Source: an uncultured Coriobacteriia bacterium (lineage in GTDB: Bacteria; Actinomycetota; Coriobacteriia; Coriobacteriales; QAMH01). From it: a stretch of DNA of 64,000 nt. The DNA lies in NCBI GenBank assembly GCA_902475535.1, contig CABRZR010000006.1, positions 22,720 through 86,719 of the forward strand, in the 5' to 3' direction. Below the pieces are notes generated by a model. The model was not told where the DNA came from, did no database searches, and worked only from the letters and a program-made list of their open reading frames with translations. A program made the translations under genes and the position numbers. Positions 1 to 8,111 of the stretch are shown here, piece after piece (within the stretch, counting starts at the first letter, position 1; the number at the start of each line of letters is the position of its first letter).

Positions 1-2
1 GC

Positions 3-173
3 GAACGTCCGGCCGACATGCCTGATGGCCTAAATCCCTCCATCACCATCGGAGCGGCTGCGACCACGCGCTTTCCCGTCACTTTTGACGAGCTCTACCA
101 GATTGCCGACGAGGCACTCTACGTCGCCAAGCGCGCCGGCAAGTCACGCGCCACGCTGCGCAGGCTAGACTGA
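3..173 (+). CDS. C-terminal fragment of a GGDEF-domain diguanylate cyclase (5' part lies outside the window)
   Basis: The frame is open from the window edge to TGA at 171-173. The translation ...SITIGAAATTRFPVTFDELYQIADEALYVAKRAGKSRATLRRLD has the conserved C-terminal end of GGDEF domains (D-x-ALY-x-AK-x-x-GK). It is absent from the ORF track because no start codon lies in the window. Confidence 0.6.
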   Translation, partial: ERPADMPDGLNPSITIGAAATTRFPVTFDELYQIADEALYVAKRAGKSRATLRRLD

Positions 174-199
174 GCACGGCGGCACATAGTGCGCAACGG

Positions 200-1609
200 T
201 TAGCGATCCAGAAGCTCCAGGGGCAAGCGTAGGGTAAAGGTGCTTCCCGCACCCAAAACGCTCTCGACCTCTATGTCCCCACCATGATAGAGGGCGGCAT
301 GCTTCACGATGGCGAGACCAAGCCCCGTGCCCCCCGTCTCCTTCGAGCGGCTCTTCTCGGTACGGTAGAAGCGCTCGAAGATCTTCTCGCGGTCCTGCTC
401 CGAAATGCCAATGCCGTCATCGCTCACGCGCACGGCAATGCATGGCTCCTCGGACATCTCGTCAATTTCGACGCGCACGTTGACCGTGCCCCCATCGTCC
501 GAATAGCGGATGCCGTTTTCCACGAGATTCGAAACAGCTTGCTCGAGAAGCGCCTCATTGCCCATGGCGCGTAAATCGACACCGGAAAACTCGAGGTCGA
601 TGCCATGCTCACGCGCAAGCGGACGCAAGCGCTCGCACGTACGTTGCGCGAGCTCGAGCATGTCGACGGGGACGCGCTCGGCACTCGCAAACGACGACTC
701 GTCGAGACGCGAGAGCGTGAGAACGTCGTTGATGAGCGCTCGAAGGCGCTGCGACTCGAGATAGATACGCCGCCCGAATTCCCCTATGTCATCGGGATCG
801 ACCAATCCACTGGCAATCATTTCAGCCGATCCGGAAATGACCTGCAACGGTGTCTTCATCTCGTGCGAAACGTTCGCGGAAAACTCGCGACGCAAACCAT
901 CCGCTTCCTTCAGTTCCTCGTTCTGTCGCCTGAGCTGCTCCTTTTGCTCGTCGATGCGCAGCAGGAGCGGACGCATCTCCTCGTAGGCATCCCCGGAGAG
1001 CGGATCGTGCACGTCAAGCTCGTCGAGCGGACGCATGATACGCGAGGTGAGGAAACGCGAGAGCATGATGACGAGAATCACGGCGATGACGAGCACGACC
1101 CCGACGGGCAGGGCCATCGAGCCGAGGAAGGCCGGCAAGGAGAGGCGCTCCTCGCTTACGCGCACGAAGTAGCCGTCGGAGAGACGCTCGGCAACATAGA
1201 CGGTATCCCTGTTCAAGGTATCCGAATGGCGCACCAGCACCCCCTCGCCAGCGTGCTCGGCAGCGAGCATCTCCGGACGCTCGAAGTGGTTTTCGAGAGC
1301 GCCGTCCCTGACAGCAGTGTCAAAGATGACGTCACCGGTAGGATCGATGAGCGTGAATCGCTCGGGACCGGCGAACTGTTGCTCGAGCACGCCGACACGT
1401 GCATCGGCGGGATGTTCCTCAAGCACCTGGGCGCACGATCGTGCTTGCTCGACGAGCAGGTCTTCCGAACGCTCCTCCTCGGAAAAGTACGCAACCGTCA
1501 CCAGGGCGATAGCCGTCGCAAGAACGGCGACGAGCGTGAAGACGAGCACCGTCGCCAGGATGCTATGCGAGAGACTACGCACGTGACGTGCGGAAACGGC
1601 GTCGTTCAT
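200..1609 (-). CDS. Sensor histidine kinase (two TM segments, HisKA + HATPase_c; PhoR/ResE-like)
   Basis: 469-aa ORF with H-box SHEMKTPLQVISG and ATPase boxes NGIRYSDDGG, DDGIGI and GTGLGLAIVK. Its start shares a 4-nt ATGA overlap with the stop of the upstream response regulator. Confidence 0.9.
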   Translation of the reverse strand: MNDAVSARHVRSLSHSILATVLVFTLVAVLATAIALVTVAYFSEEERSEDLLVEQARSCAQVLEEHPADARVGVLEQQFAGPERFTLIDPTGDVIFDTAVRDGALENHFERPEMLAAEHAGEGVLVRHSDTLNRDTVYVAERLSDGYFVRVSEERLSLPAFLGSMALPVGVVLVIAVILVIMLSRFLTSRIMRPLDELDVHDPLSGDAYEEMRPLLLRIDEQKEQLRRQNEELKEADGLRREFSANVSHEMKTPLQVISGSAEMIASGLVDPDDIGEFGRRIYLESQRLRALINDVLTLSRLDESSFASAERVPVDMLELAQRTCERLRPLAREHGIDLEFSGVDLRAMGNEALLEQAVSNLVENGIRYSDDGGTVNVRVEIDEMSEEPCIAVRVSDDGIGISEQDREKIFERFYRTEKSRSKETGGTGLGLAIVKHAALYHGGDIEVESVLGAGSTFTLRLPLELLDR

Positions 1610-2331
1610 GCTTCGTCCTCAAGACGCAGACGGTAACCGATACCACGAACGGTCTCGAGCGCGGAACTCGAGCCAGGATCGGCCTGCTCGAGTTTCTGGC
1701 GCAGGGTCTGCATGTGGACGTCTACCGTACGCGTCACGCCGACAAACTCCGAACCCCATACTTCCTCGAAGAGCTGGGCCCGCGAAAGGGCGTGACCCGG
1801 GTTCTCCATGAGCACCCTGAGGAGTTCGAACTCCTTGAACGTGAGGTCAACCGGTCTTCCTCCCACCTCGACCCGTCGGGCGTGGGGGTCAAGCACGATG
1901 GAATCGTAGACGAGATTTCCTCCTCGCACGGTAACGGGCGCACGCCGGGCACGTCGCAAGAGCGCGTTAGCACGCGAGATGAGCTCCATCATCGAGAACG
2001 GTTTCGCGAGGTAGTCGTCGGCCCCGGCGTCAAGTCCGCAAATCGTGTCGAACTCGGTGCCCTTGGCCGTGAGCATGATCACGGGGACGTCGCAAAGTCG
2101 CGTGTCGGCACGCAGGCGAGCGAGTATACCCAGGCCATCGGTGCCCGGCAACATGATGTCAAGAAGCACGAGGGCGGGAACGTCATCAGCGCATGCCGCG
2201 AAAAACGCATCAGCGTCGGGAAAACCCCTTCCCTCGAAGCCGGCCTGCCGGAGCGCATAGAGCGTGAGGTCGCGAATGTTCTCGTCGTCTTCGACGTAGA
2301 AGACGAGCGTGGCGGACTCCCGTGTCGTCAT
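1606..2331 (-). CDS. OmpR/PhoB-family response regulator
   Basis: 241-aa ORF. Receiver domain (LVLLDIMLPGTDG, LTAKG) plus winged-helix output domain (VDLTFKEFELLRVLMENPG...RTVDVHMQTLRQKL). Translationally coupled to the kinase. Confidence 0.92.
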   Translation of the reverse strand: MTTRESATLVFYVEDDENIRDLTLYALRQAGFEGRGFPDADAFFAACADDVPALVLLDIMLPGTDGLGILARLRADTRLCDVPVIMLTAKGTEFDTICGLDAGADDYLAKPFSMMELISRANALLRRARRAPVTVRGGNLVYDSIVLDPHARRVEVGGRPVDLTFKEFELLRVLMENPGHALSRAQLFEEVWGSEFVGVTRTVDVHMQTLRQKLEQADPGSSSALETVRGIGYRLRLEDEA

Positions 2332-2381
2332 GCATGTTCCCTTCGGGTCATCATATACGCGGCAATTCTACCTCAGCATGC

Positions 2382-3428
2382 TCATGCCGCGGAACACTCC
2401 CCGGAACCCAGGGACCCAGACGAGGCGGCGATGTCATGCGGGCGCACCGGACGCTCGGGCAATATCAGCATGACGAGCTTCATCATGAGCGAGACGAGCG
2501 GGAGCCAGATGAGCGTCATCACGACGTTGAAGCAGGTATGCGCGTTGGCAATCTGCCGCGCGATGATCTCGACCCCCTCCCCTGCGGGAGGAATGGCCGC
2601 CACGACAGTCGCAAAGGGGCCGGTCAGACCGACGAAGAGCAGGCAGCCCGACAGGTTGAAGATGCAATGCGCCAAGGCGACGCGCTTGGCATCCCGCGAC
2701 TGGCCGATGGAGGCGAGAAGCGCCGTGACGGTTGTCCCCAGGTTGTCTCCAAGCAGGATGGGGATGGCGCCCTCGAGACCGAGAACGCTCGCTCCATCAG
2801 CACCCGGCTGGGCGGCGAAGTTCTGCAGGACGGCGATGGTTGCGCTCGAGCTCTGCACGACGAGCGTCATCACCGTGCCCACGAGGACTCCGAGAACGGG
2901 CACACCCGCGACCTGGGCGATCATCTCCGTGAAGACGGGGCTCTCGGCCAGGGGCTTCATGACCGACCCCATGGTCTCTATACCGACGAAGAGCAGGCCA
3001 AAGCCGAATATTGCCCGCCCCGACAACTTCACGCGCTCGCCTCTGGCAAGCGTCATGACGAGGAAACCCACCGCGACGAACAACAAGATGTAGTCCGAGA
3101 GCTTGAACGCGATAATCTGCGCCGTGATAGTCGTCCCGATGTTCGCGCCCATGACGATGGGAATCGCCTGCCGAAGGCTCATGATCCTCGCGCTCACGAA
3201 TCCGATGACCATGACCGTCGTAGCGCTCGAACTCTGCAGCACGGCGGTGGCAAGCGCGCCGGCCAGAACACCCATGACCGGATTCTTCGTCACGGCGGCA
3301 AGGATAGAGCGCATCCTCTCGCCTGCCGCTTCCTGCAGGCTACCACTCATCGTGTTCATGCCGTACAGAAAGATTGCCAGACCTCCTGCAAGGCCCAAGA
3401 CGACCTTCATGATTTCGTTGACGTCCAC
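2382..3428 (-). CDS. Na/Pi-cotransporter family membrane protein (short form, no C-terminal PhoU-like domain)
   Basis: 348-aa polytopic ORF. The N-terminus LAGGLAIFLYGMNTMSGSLQEAAGERMRSILAAVTKNPVMGVLAGALATAVLQSSSATTVM and the second repeat VLVGTVMTLVVQSSSATIAVLQ are the duplicated Na_Pi_cotrans signature. It lies first in a co-directional run with the two-component genes. Confidence 0.8.
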   Translation of the reverse strand: MDVNEIMKVVLGLAGGLAIFLYGMNTMSGSLQEAAGERMRSILAAVTKNPVMGVLAGALATAVLQSSSATTVMVIGFVSARIMSLRQAIPIVMGANIGTTITAQIIAFKLSDYILLFVAVGFLVMTLARGERVKLSGRAIFGFGLLFVGIETMGSVMKPLAESPVFTEMIAQVAGVPVLGVLVGTVMTLVVQSSSATIAVLQNFAAQPGADGASVLGLEGAIPILLGDNLGTTVTALLASIGQSRDAKRVALAHCIFNLSGCLLFVGLTGPFATVVAAIPPAGEGVEIIARQIANAHTCFNVVMTLIWLPLVSLMMKLVMLILPERPVRPHDIAASSGSLGSGECSAA

Positions 3429-3681
3429 CTTCGTCCCTCTCCTCCAACATCTACTGCAAGGAGAAGTCTACGGAGGCAATGTACGGGCGGCGTAAGGGGA
3501 AGGTAAAGTCTCTGTAAAGTCATTGCTTCCCATACCGGTAAACAAAATGATGCCCGCGTCGGGCATACCCCCCTGGGTGAAAAGGGCGCTCGCTTACACG
3601 AAAAGCTCTCGACCCTGGCGGCTGGATGAAGGATAATGTCTGGAATGGTACCCCACCACCTGAAAGGCTGGGTCACAGCAT

Positions 3682-6651
3682 ATGAAGAGCATCGACAAGT
3701 CACTTAATATCAGGCGCAACAGAATCCTTGCCGCATGCGCGGCAATCGTCATCGTGATCGCCGCCCTCCTGATGTTCATGAACGTCAACACGGAGCGCAT
3801 CACGCAGCAAAACGCCGACTATCTCGAGGGCACGACCGAGCAGACCTCCCGGCGTGTCAATGACTTGCTCAATAATGGTCTGGCCACGGTCGAAACGGCA
3901 GCCAAGGTATACGGGCAGACCCTGACCAGCCCCAGCGTCGACCCGGACACGGCGGTCCAGATGATTAACTCGACCCAGTTCAACTACACCTTCCTCATCA
4001 CCGCCGATGGCATAGGTCATAACATCGACGGCCGCACCGAAGAAGTGAAGGACAAGGAGTACTACATCAAGGGCATGCAGGGCGAGAGCGGCATCTGCGC
4101 CGTCGAGAACGCCGCCTTCAACGAGCATCGCATCATCGCTTTCTACGCTCCCATCCTCTACCAGGGAACGCCCGTCGCCGTCTTTGCCTGCGTCTACAAC
4201 GAGGCAACGATGGCGCAGTACATGAGCACGAGCTTCTTCGGCGTCGAGACCGCCACCTACCTCTGCGACCGCAACGGCAATGTCCTGGCGAAGTCGAGCG
4301 TGAACGATGAGGTCGACTACTCGGTACTCGACTCGAAGCTCAGCGATTCGCTCAAGGACATCACCCCCGAAGAACTCGCTCAATCCCTTGCCCTGAGCTC
4401 CTCTTTCAACTTCAGCTACAACGCCTCATCCGGCGAGGGTAGCGTGTATGTCGCCCAACTCGCCTCTTCGGATTGGATGATCCTGCGCATCTTCCCCGAA
4501 TCCGTCACGGCAAAGATGGTTTCTTCAGCCAACGCGGCGGGCATCATCCTCGTTGCGGGCGTCGTTGTCGCCTGCTTGCTCTTTATCGTCGTGCTCGTGT
4601 TCCAATCGCGCAAGCAGAAGGATCGCCTGCTGCTTGAGCGTCAGGAGGCAACGCGCATCATCGATGCCTCCACCAACCTGTTCAGCCGCCTGCTCGCCAT
4701 CGACCTCGTAAACGACAGCTACGAGTACCTCAAGCGCGAGGGGCTGGATGACTCCCTCCCCACGGACGGCAAGTTCAGCGATTTGCGCTCGTACTGGAAA
4801 CGCGTGGCAAGCGACAGCGACATCGAGCGCCTCTGCGAGCTGGAAGACATCGAGACGCTGCGAGAACGCCTGCAGCCGGGTGTCCCCTACCTCCAGTGCG
4901 AATACCGTGTCATGCGAGGCGACGAGGAACGTTGGCTGCAGGTCTCCACGCTTTGCATCGCCCGTGACGCTCACGCGCTGCCCACGGACATACTCGTCAC
5001 CATCCAGGACGTCACGGAGCAAAAGGCAGCCGAGCTCGCATCACGTCAGGCCCTCGAGGATGCGTTCCAAGCCGCCGAGCACGCTTCGCAGGCCAAGAGC
5101 GACTTCCTCAACTCCATGAGCCATGACATCCGCACGCCCATGAACTCCATCATGGGCCTCACGGCCATCGCAAGCATGCACGCCGACGACCCCGAGCGCG
5201 TAAGCGAGTGCCTCACCAACATCTCCTCTGCGAGCCATCACCTGCTCGGCCTCATCAACGAGGTCCTCGACATGGCCAAGATCGAATCGGGCTCCATCGG
5301 GCTCACGGACGAGGAGTTCGAACTCTCCGACTCCATCGAGAAACTTCTGGCCATCGTGAACCCCCAGATCGTCGCCAAGAACCTCGACCTGCGCGTCGAC
5401 GTCGTCGACATCAAACACGAGCACGTCATCGGCGACCTCACGCGCCTGCAGCAGGTCTTCGTGAACATCATGGGCAACGCAATCAAGTTCACACCCGAAG
5501 GTGGCAGCATCTACATGCGCATTTCCGAGCTGCCAAGCCGCGTCCACGACAGTGGCTGCTACGAGTTCGTCTTTACGGATACGGGCTGTGGCATGAGCAA
5601 GGAGTTCATGGAGACCATCTTCGAGCCCTTCACGCGCGCCAATGATTCGCGCACCACCGGTATCGAGGGCACGGGTCTGGGCATGGCGATCGTCAAGAGC
5701 GTCGTCAGTCTGATGAACGGCACGGTCGACGTCGACTCCGAGCTTGGGAAGGGCACCACGTTCACCGTGACGGTGCATCTCAAGCTCCGCGATGGCGCGG
5801 CGGTCGATCTCAGCGACCTCAAGGACATCAGAGTGCTCGTGGTCGATGACGACGACATCGCCTGCGAGGGAGCCTGCGCCCTGCTCGAGGATATCGGCAT
5901 GCGCGCAAACTACGAGATGTCCGGCCCGGCGGGCGTGCAGGCCGTGATCGATGCCGACGCATCGGACGATCCCTTCAAGGCCGTCATCCTCGATTGGCGC
6001 ATGCCCGGCATGAGTGGTCTGGAGGTCGCCAAGGCGATTCGCGAGAGGGTCAAGCAGGCGCCCCCCATCATCATTCTCTCCGGCTACGACTGGTCGATGA
6101 TCGAGCAGGAGGCGCGTGAGATAGGCATCGACGCCTTCATTTCCAAACCCCTGTTCCGCTCGCGCCTCATCCAGGTGATGAAGGAGCTCCTCAGTGGCGA
6201 GGTTGCCGAGGGAGTCGATCCCAAGGCAATGCTCGAGGAATGTGCCTTCGACGGATACCGCGTGCTTCTGACCGAGGACAACGTCATGGCGACGGCCATC
6301 GGGCAGGAGATAATCGGTCTCACCGGTGCAGAGGTCGAGCATGCCGAGAACGGCCAGGTGGCGGTCAACATGCTACTCGAGCACGAGCCAGGCTACTACG
6401 ACTTCGTGTTCATGGATATCCAGATGCCGGTCATGAACGGCTACGAGGCGACAACGGCTATCCGCGCGGCGGCGATCGACAGGCCGGACCTTGCGCAAAT
6501 CCCCATCATCGCGCTTTCGGCCGATGCCTTTGCCGAAGATGTCAAGCACGCGCATTCGGTGGGCATGAACGACCATATGGCAAAGCCCATGGAAATCGAG
6601 TCGCTCGTCGCCATCATGCGCAAGTGGATGCCGAAGGGCAACGAGAACTAG
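3682..6651 (+). CDS. Hybrid sensor histidine kinase with extracytoplasmic Cache-like domain, PAS-like segment, HisKA/HATPase_c and two receiver domains
   Basis: 989-aa ORF. N-terminal TM, an approximately 270-aa external region, a second TM (AGIILVAGVVVACLLFIVVLVF), H-box SHDIRTPMNSIMG and GTGLGMAIVK. Receiver 1 is VLVVDDDD...DWRMPGMSG; receiver 2 is VLLTEDNV...MDIQMPVMNG. Confidence 0.9.
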   Translation: MKSIDKSLNIRRNRILAACAAIVIVIAALLMFMNVNTERITQQNADYLEGTTEQTSRRVNDLLNNGLATVETAAKVYGQTLTSPSVDPDTAVQMINSTQFNYTFLITADGIGHNIDGRTEEVKDKEYYIKGMQGESGICAVENAAFNEHRIIAFYAPILYQGTPVAVFACVYNEATMAQYMSTSFFGVETATYLCDRNGNVLAKSSVNDEVDYSVLDSKLSDSLKDITPEELAQSLALSSSFNFSYNASSGEGSVYVAQLASSDWMILRIFPESVTAKMVSSANAAGIILVAGVVVACLLFIVVLVFQSRKQKDRLLLERQEATRIIDASTNLFSRLLAIDLVNDSYEYLKREGLDDSLPTDGKFSDLRSYWKRVASDSDIERLCELEDIETLRERLQPGVPYLQCEYRVMRGDEERWLQVSTLCIARDAHALPTDILVTIQDVTEQKAAELASRQALEDAFQAAEHASQAKSDFLNSMSHDIRTPMNSIMGLTAIASMHADDPERVSECLTNISSASHHLLGLINEVLDMAKIESGSIGLTDEEFELSDSIEKLLAIVNPQIVAKNLDLRVDVVDIKHEHVIGDLTRLQQVFVNIMGNAIKFTPEGGSIYMRISELPSRVHDSGCYEFVFTDTGCGMSKEFMETIFEPFTRANDSRTTGIEGTGLGMAIVKSVVSLMNGTVDVDSELGKGTTFTVTVHLKLRDGAAVDLSDLKDIRVLVVDDDDIACEGACALLEDIGMRANYEMSGPAGVQAVIDADASDDPFKAVILDWRMPGMSGLEVAKAIRERVKQAPPIIILSGYDWSMIEQEAREIGIDAFISKPLFRSRLIQVMKELLSGEVAEGVDPKAMLEECAFDGYRVLLTEDNVMATAIGQEIIGLTGAEVEHAENGQVAVNMLLEHEPGYYDFVFMDIQMPVMNGYEATTAIRAAAIDRPDLAQIPIIALSADAFAEDVKHAHSVGMNDHMAKPMEIESLVAIMRKWMPKGNEN

Positions 6652-6674
6652 AGCCCACATTGGTTTTCAAGACG

Positions 6675-6710
6675 AGGGGTGCCCGTCCGCTTAATCGGAC
6701 GGGCACCCCT
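6675..6710. terminator. Bidirectional stem-loop terminator between convergent genes
   Basis: Perfect 15-bp stem AGGGGTGCCCGTCCG / CGGACGGGCACCCCT with loop CTTAAT. It lies between the stop of the hybrid kinase (6651) and the stop of the minus-strand hydrolase (6731), and is followed by ATATTTA on the plus strand. Confidence 0.7.
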
Positions 6711-6730
6711 ATATTTACGGCGTATCTTCC

Positions 6731-7681
6731 CTAAGCGAAGACGTACAACTCCGAGCCGTCGAGGTCGGCCTTGTCCATAGGATAGGCCTCGATGGCTGGG
6801 TTCTCGTAGGTGTTCATGTAGTACGTCTTTGTCGCCATGGAGATACCGCCGGTATAGACCGTCGTCTCGAATTCGCCGTTTTCCATCTTCGCCTCGCCAT
6901 CGATCATCGCAACACCGGCGAGCGTATGGAACATCCTGGAGACGTTATCTGCCTCGCCGGACTTCTGCGGATAGTGGCTGTTCAGGTAGGCGACCCTTAC
7001 GAAGCGGTCGGGCGAATAGCTCGAACCGGGCAGGCCCACGAGCTGTCCGCCGCTCCCGTAAGGCGCAAGCTTCTGCTTGTCCCACTGAACGTCAGCGACG
7101 TATTCAGGACTCAGGTTCATGTAGCTGCGCAGGTGCTCGACGTGCCAGTCGAAGGTGGGCTGGTTGGTGAGCACGTCGACGTCGTCGTGATGGATGTGCA
7201 TGCCATCGGCCATGTACTCGACCACGATGGAACGGTCCTTGTCACCGATAAGGTAATGGAGAAGCGCGACCGGAAACTGGTCGTTCACGGGCTTGGCGAC
7301 GATGGCAACGTCAGCCAGCGCCTCCTCCACCTCGTCCACCGTCGCGAAGTTGCTGGCTACCCACAGGGGGAACTCGTATGCCGCGAGGTTGGTCTTGCCC
7401 TCGACGGCATCTGCCTCGAACTGGGCGTAGCCAGGGAAGTTGAGCCCGGCGATGGCGAGCCCCTTCTCGTTGGCGCAATCGAAGTAGAGCGGAACGCCCC
7501 CAATCACGATGCACGGGCCGATGACCGCGTAATCCTGCCGGGACTCGACCCCGAAGGCATAGCGGCGCTCGTAGCCGCGGGGAGTCACGGTGACCTTCTG
7601 GCCGTAGCCGCAATTCCAATCGAGATTGCGGGCAAAATACATGTTGCCCTTGTCATCGGTGAACCTGATTCCCGAGCACAT
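6731..7681 (-). CDS. Choloylglycine hydrolase family Ntn-hydrolase (bile salt hydrolase / penicillin V acylase type)
   Basis: The ORF-track start (TTG at 7744) was trimmed to the ATG at 7679-7681, so the protein begins Met-Cys. Cys2, Arg18 and Asp21 (MCSGIRFTDDKGNMYFARNLDW) match the catalytic N-terminal nucleophile set of this family. The length then becomes 316 aa, typical for BSH. Confidence 0.85.
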   Translation of the reverse strand: MCSGIRFTDDKGNMYFARNLDWNCGYGQKVTVTPRGYERRYAFGVESRQDYAVIGPCIVIGGVPLYFDCANEKGLAIAGLNFPGYAQFEADAVEGKTNLAAYEFPLWVASNFATVDEVEEALADVAIVAKPVNDQFPVALLHYLIGDKDRSIVVEYMADGMHIHHDDVDVLTNQPTFDWHVEHLRSYMNLSPEYVADVQWDKQKLAPYGSGGQLVGLPGSSYSPDRFVRVAYLNSHYPQKSGEADNVSRMFHTLAGVAMIDGEAKMENGEFETTVYTGGISMATKTYYMNTYENPAIEAYPMDKADLDGSELYVFA

Positions 7682-7747
7682 GGTTAGCTCCCTCCCACGT
7701 AAAACCGTACGTATCTTTGTTCTTGTAGGAATAGTATATAGCAAAAA

Positions 7748-7855
7748 CTACCGTTCGCTATTTATTTTCTACCGTTCGCCAATAATTTTTGTCACTTTTC
7801 GCTATGAAATCTAGACATTTCGACATTACTTACTCTGATTTGTGCTACCGTACGG
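7748..7855 (+). promoter_or_regulatory. Three copies of a CTACCGT(T/A)CG direct repeat in the divergent hydrolase/trpB2 intergenic region
   Basis: CTACCGTTCGC occurs at 7748-7758 and 7769-7779 (21-bp register), and CTACCGTACGG at 7845-7855. They are embedded in the most AT-rich stretch of the intergenic region. Confidence 0.35.
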
Positions 7856-7998
7856 CGCAACCCGAAAGGACGAATGTGAACTACGTACACGCACATAGCA
7901 TGTTTGCCAACGCGCAGGCGTTTGCCGGTGCTTGGTGGTGGCGTAGTCGAATATCGTAATCGGGTTATCGGACTTCACGCTTCTCATCACATACCTTG

Positions 7999-8032
7999 AA
8001 GGCCCTCGGTAATCCGGGGGCCTTTTTTATTT
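7999..8032 (+). terminator. Strong intrinsic terminator inside the 5' leader of the TrpB2-type gene (candidate attenuator)
   Basis: 11-bp stem AAGGCCCTCGG / CCGGGGGCCTT (one G-U pair) with loop TAAT, followed by TTTTATTT. No plus-strand gene ends upstream. The start codon lies 80 nt downstream at 8112. Confidence 0.65.
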
Positions 8033-8111
8033 CCCAAACCATGAGATGCGTAAGAACGGCTAGCAAGGCAGGAACGTGGACGAGAGTCCGAAGGAAAGAG
8101 AGGAAACGATC

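Noticed and set aside
1588-3093. 501-aa ORF on the plus strand (with similar ones at 605-1636 and 2322-3506)
   Set aside because: These are antisense to the response regulator, kinase and Na/Pi genes, all of which have strong family motifs. They are shadow ORFs.
5041-6342. 433-aa ORF on the minus strand
   Set aside because: It is antisense to the HisKA/HATPase/receiver part of the hybrid kinase. It has no motifs.
7682-7744. 21-codon N-terminal extension (TTG start) of the hydrolase ORF
   Set aside because: Ntn hydrolases of this family need Cys directly after the initiator Met. The internal ATG gives exactly Met-Cys with Arg18 and Asp21 in register.
7860-8035. Calling the trpB2 leader a T-box riboswitch or TRAP-binding leader
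   Set aside because: I found only a weak resemblance (TGGTGGTGGCG) to the T-box consensus. There is no obvious antiterminator pairing with the terminator 5' arm and no phased GAG/UAG triplets. I left the leader as an unclassified attenuator candidate.
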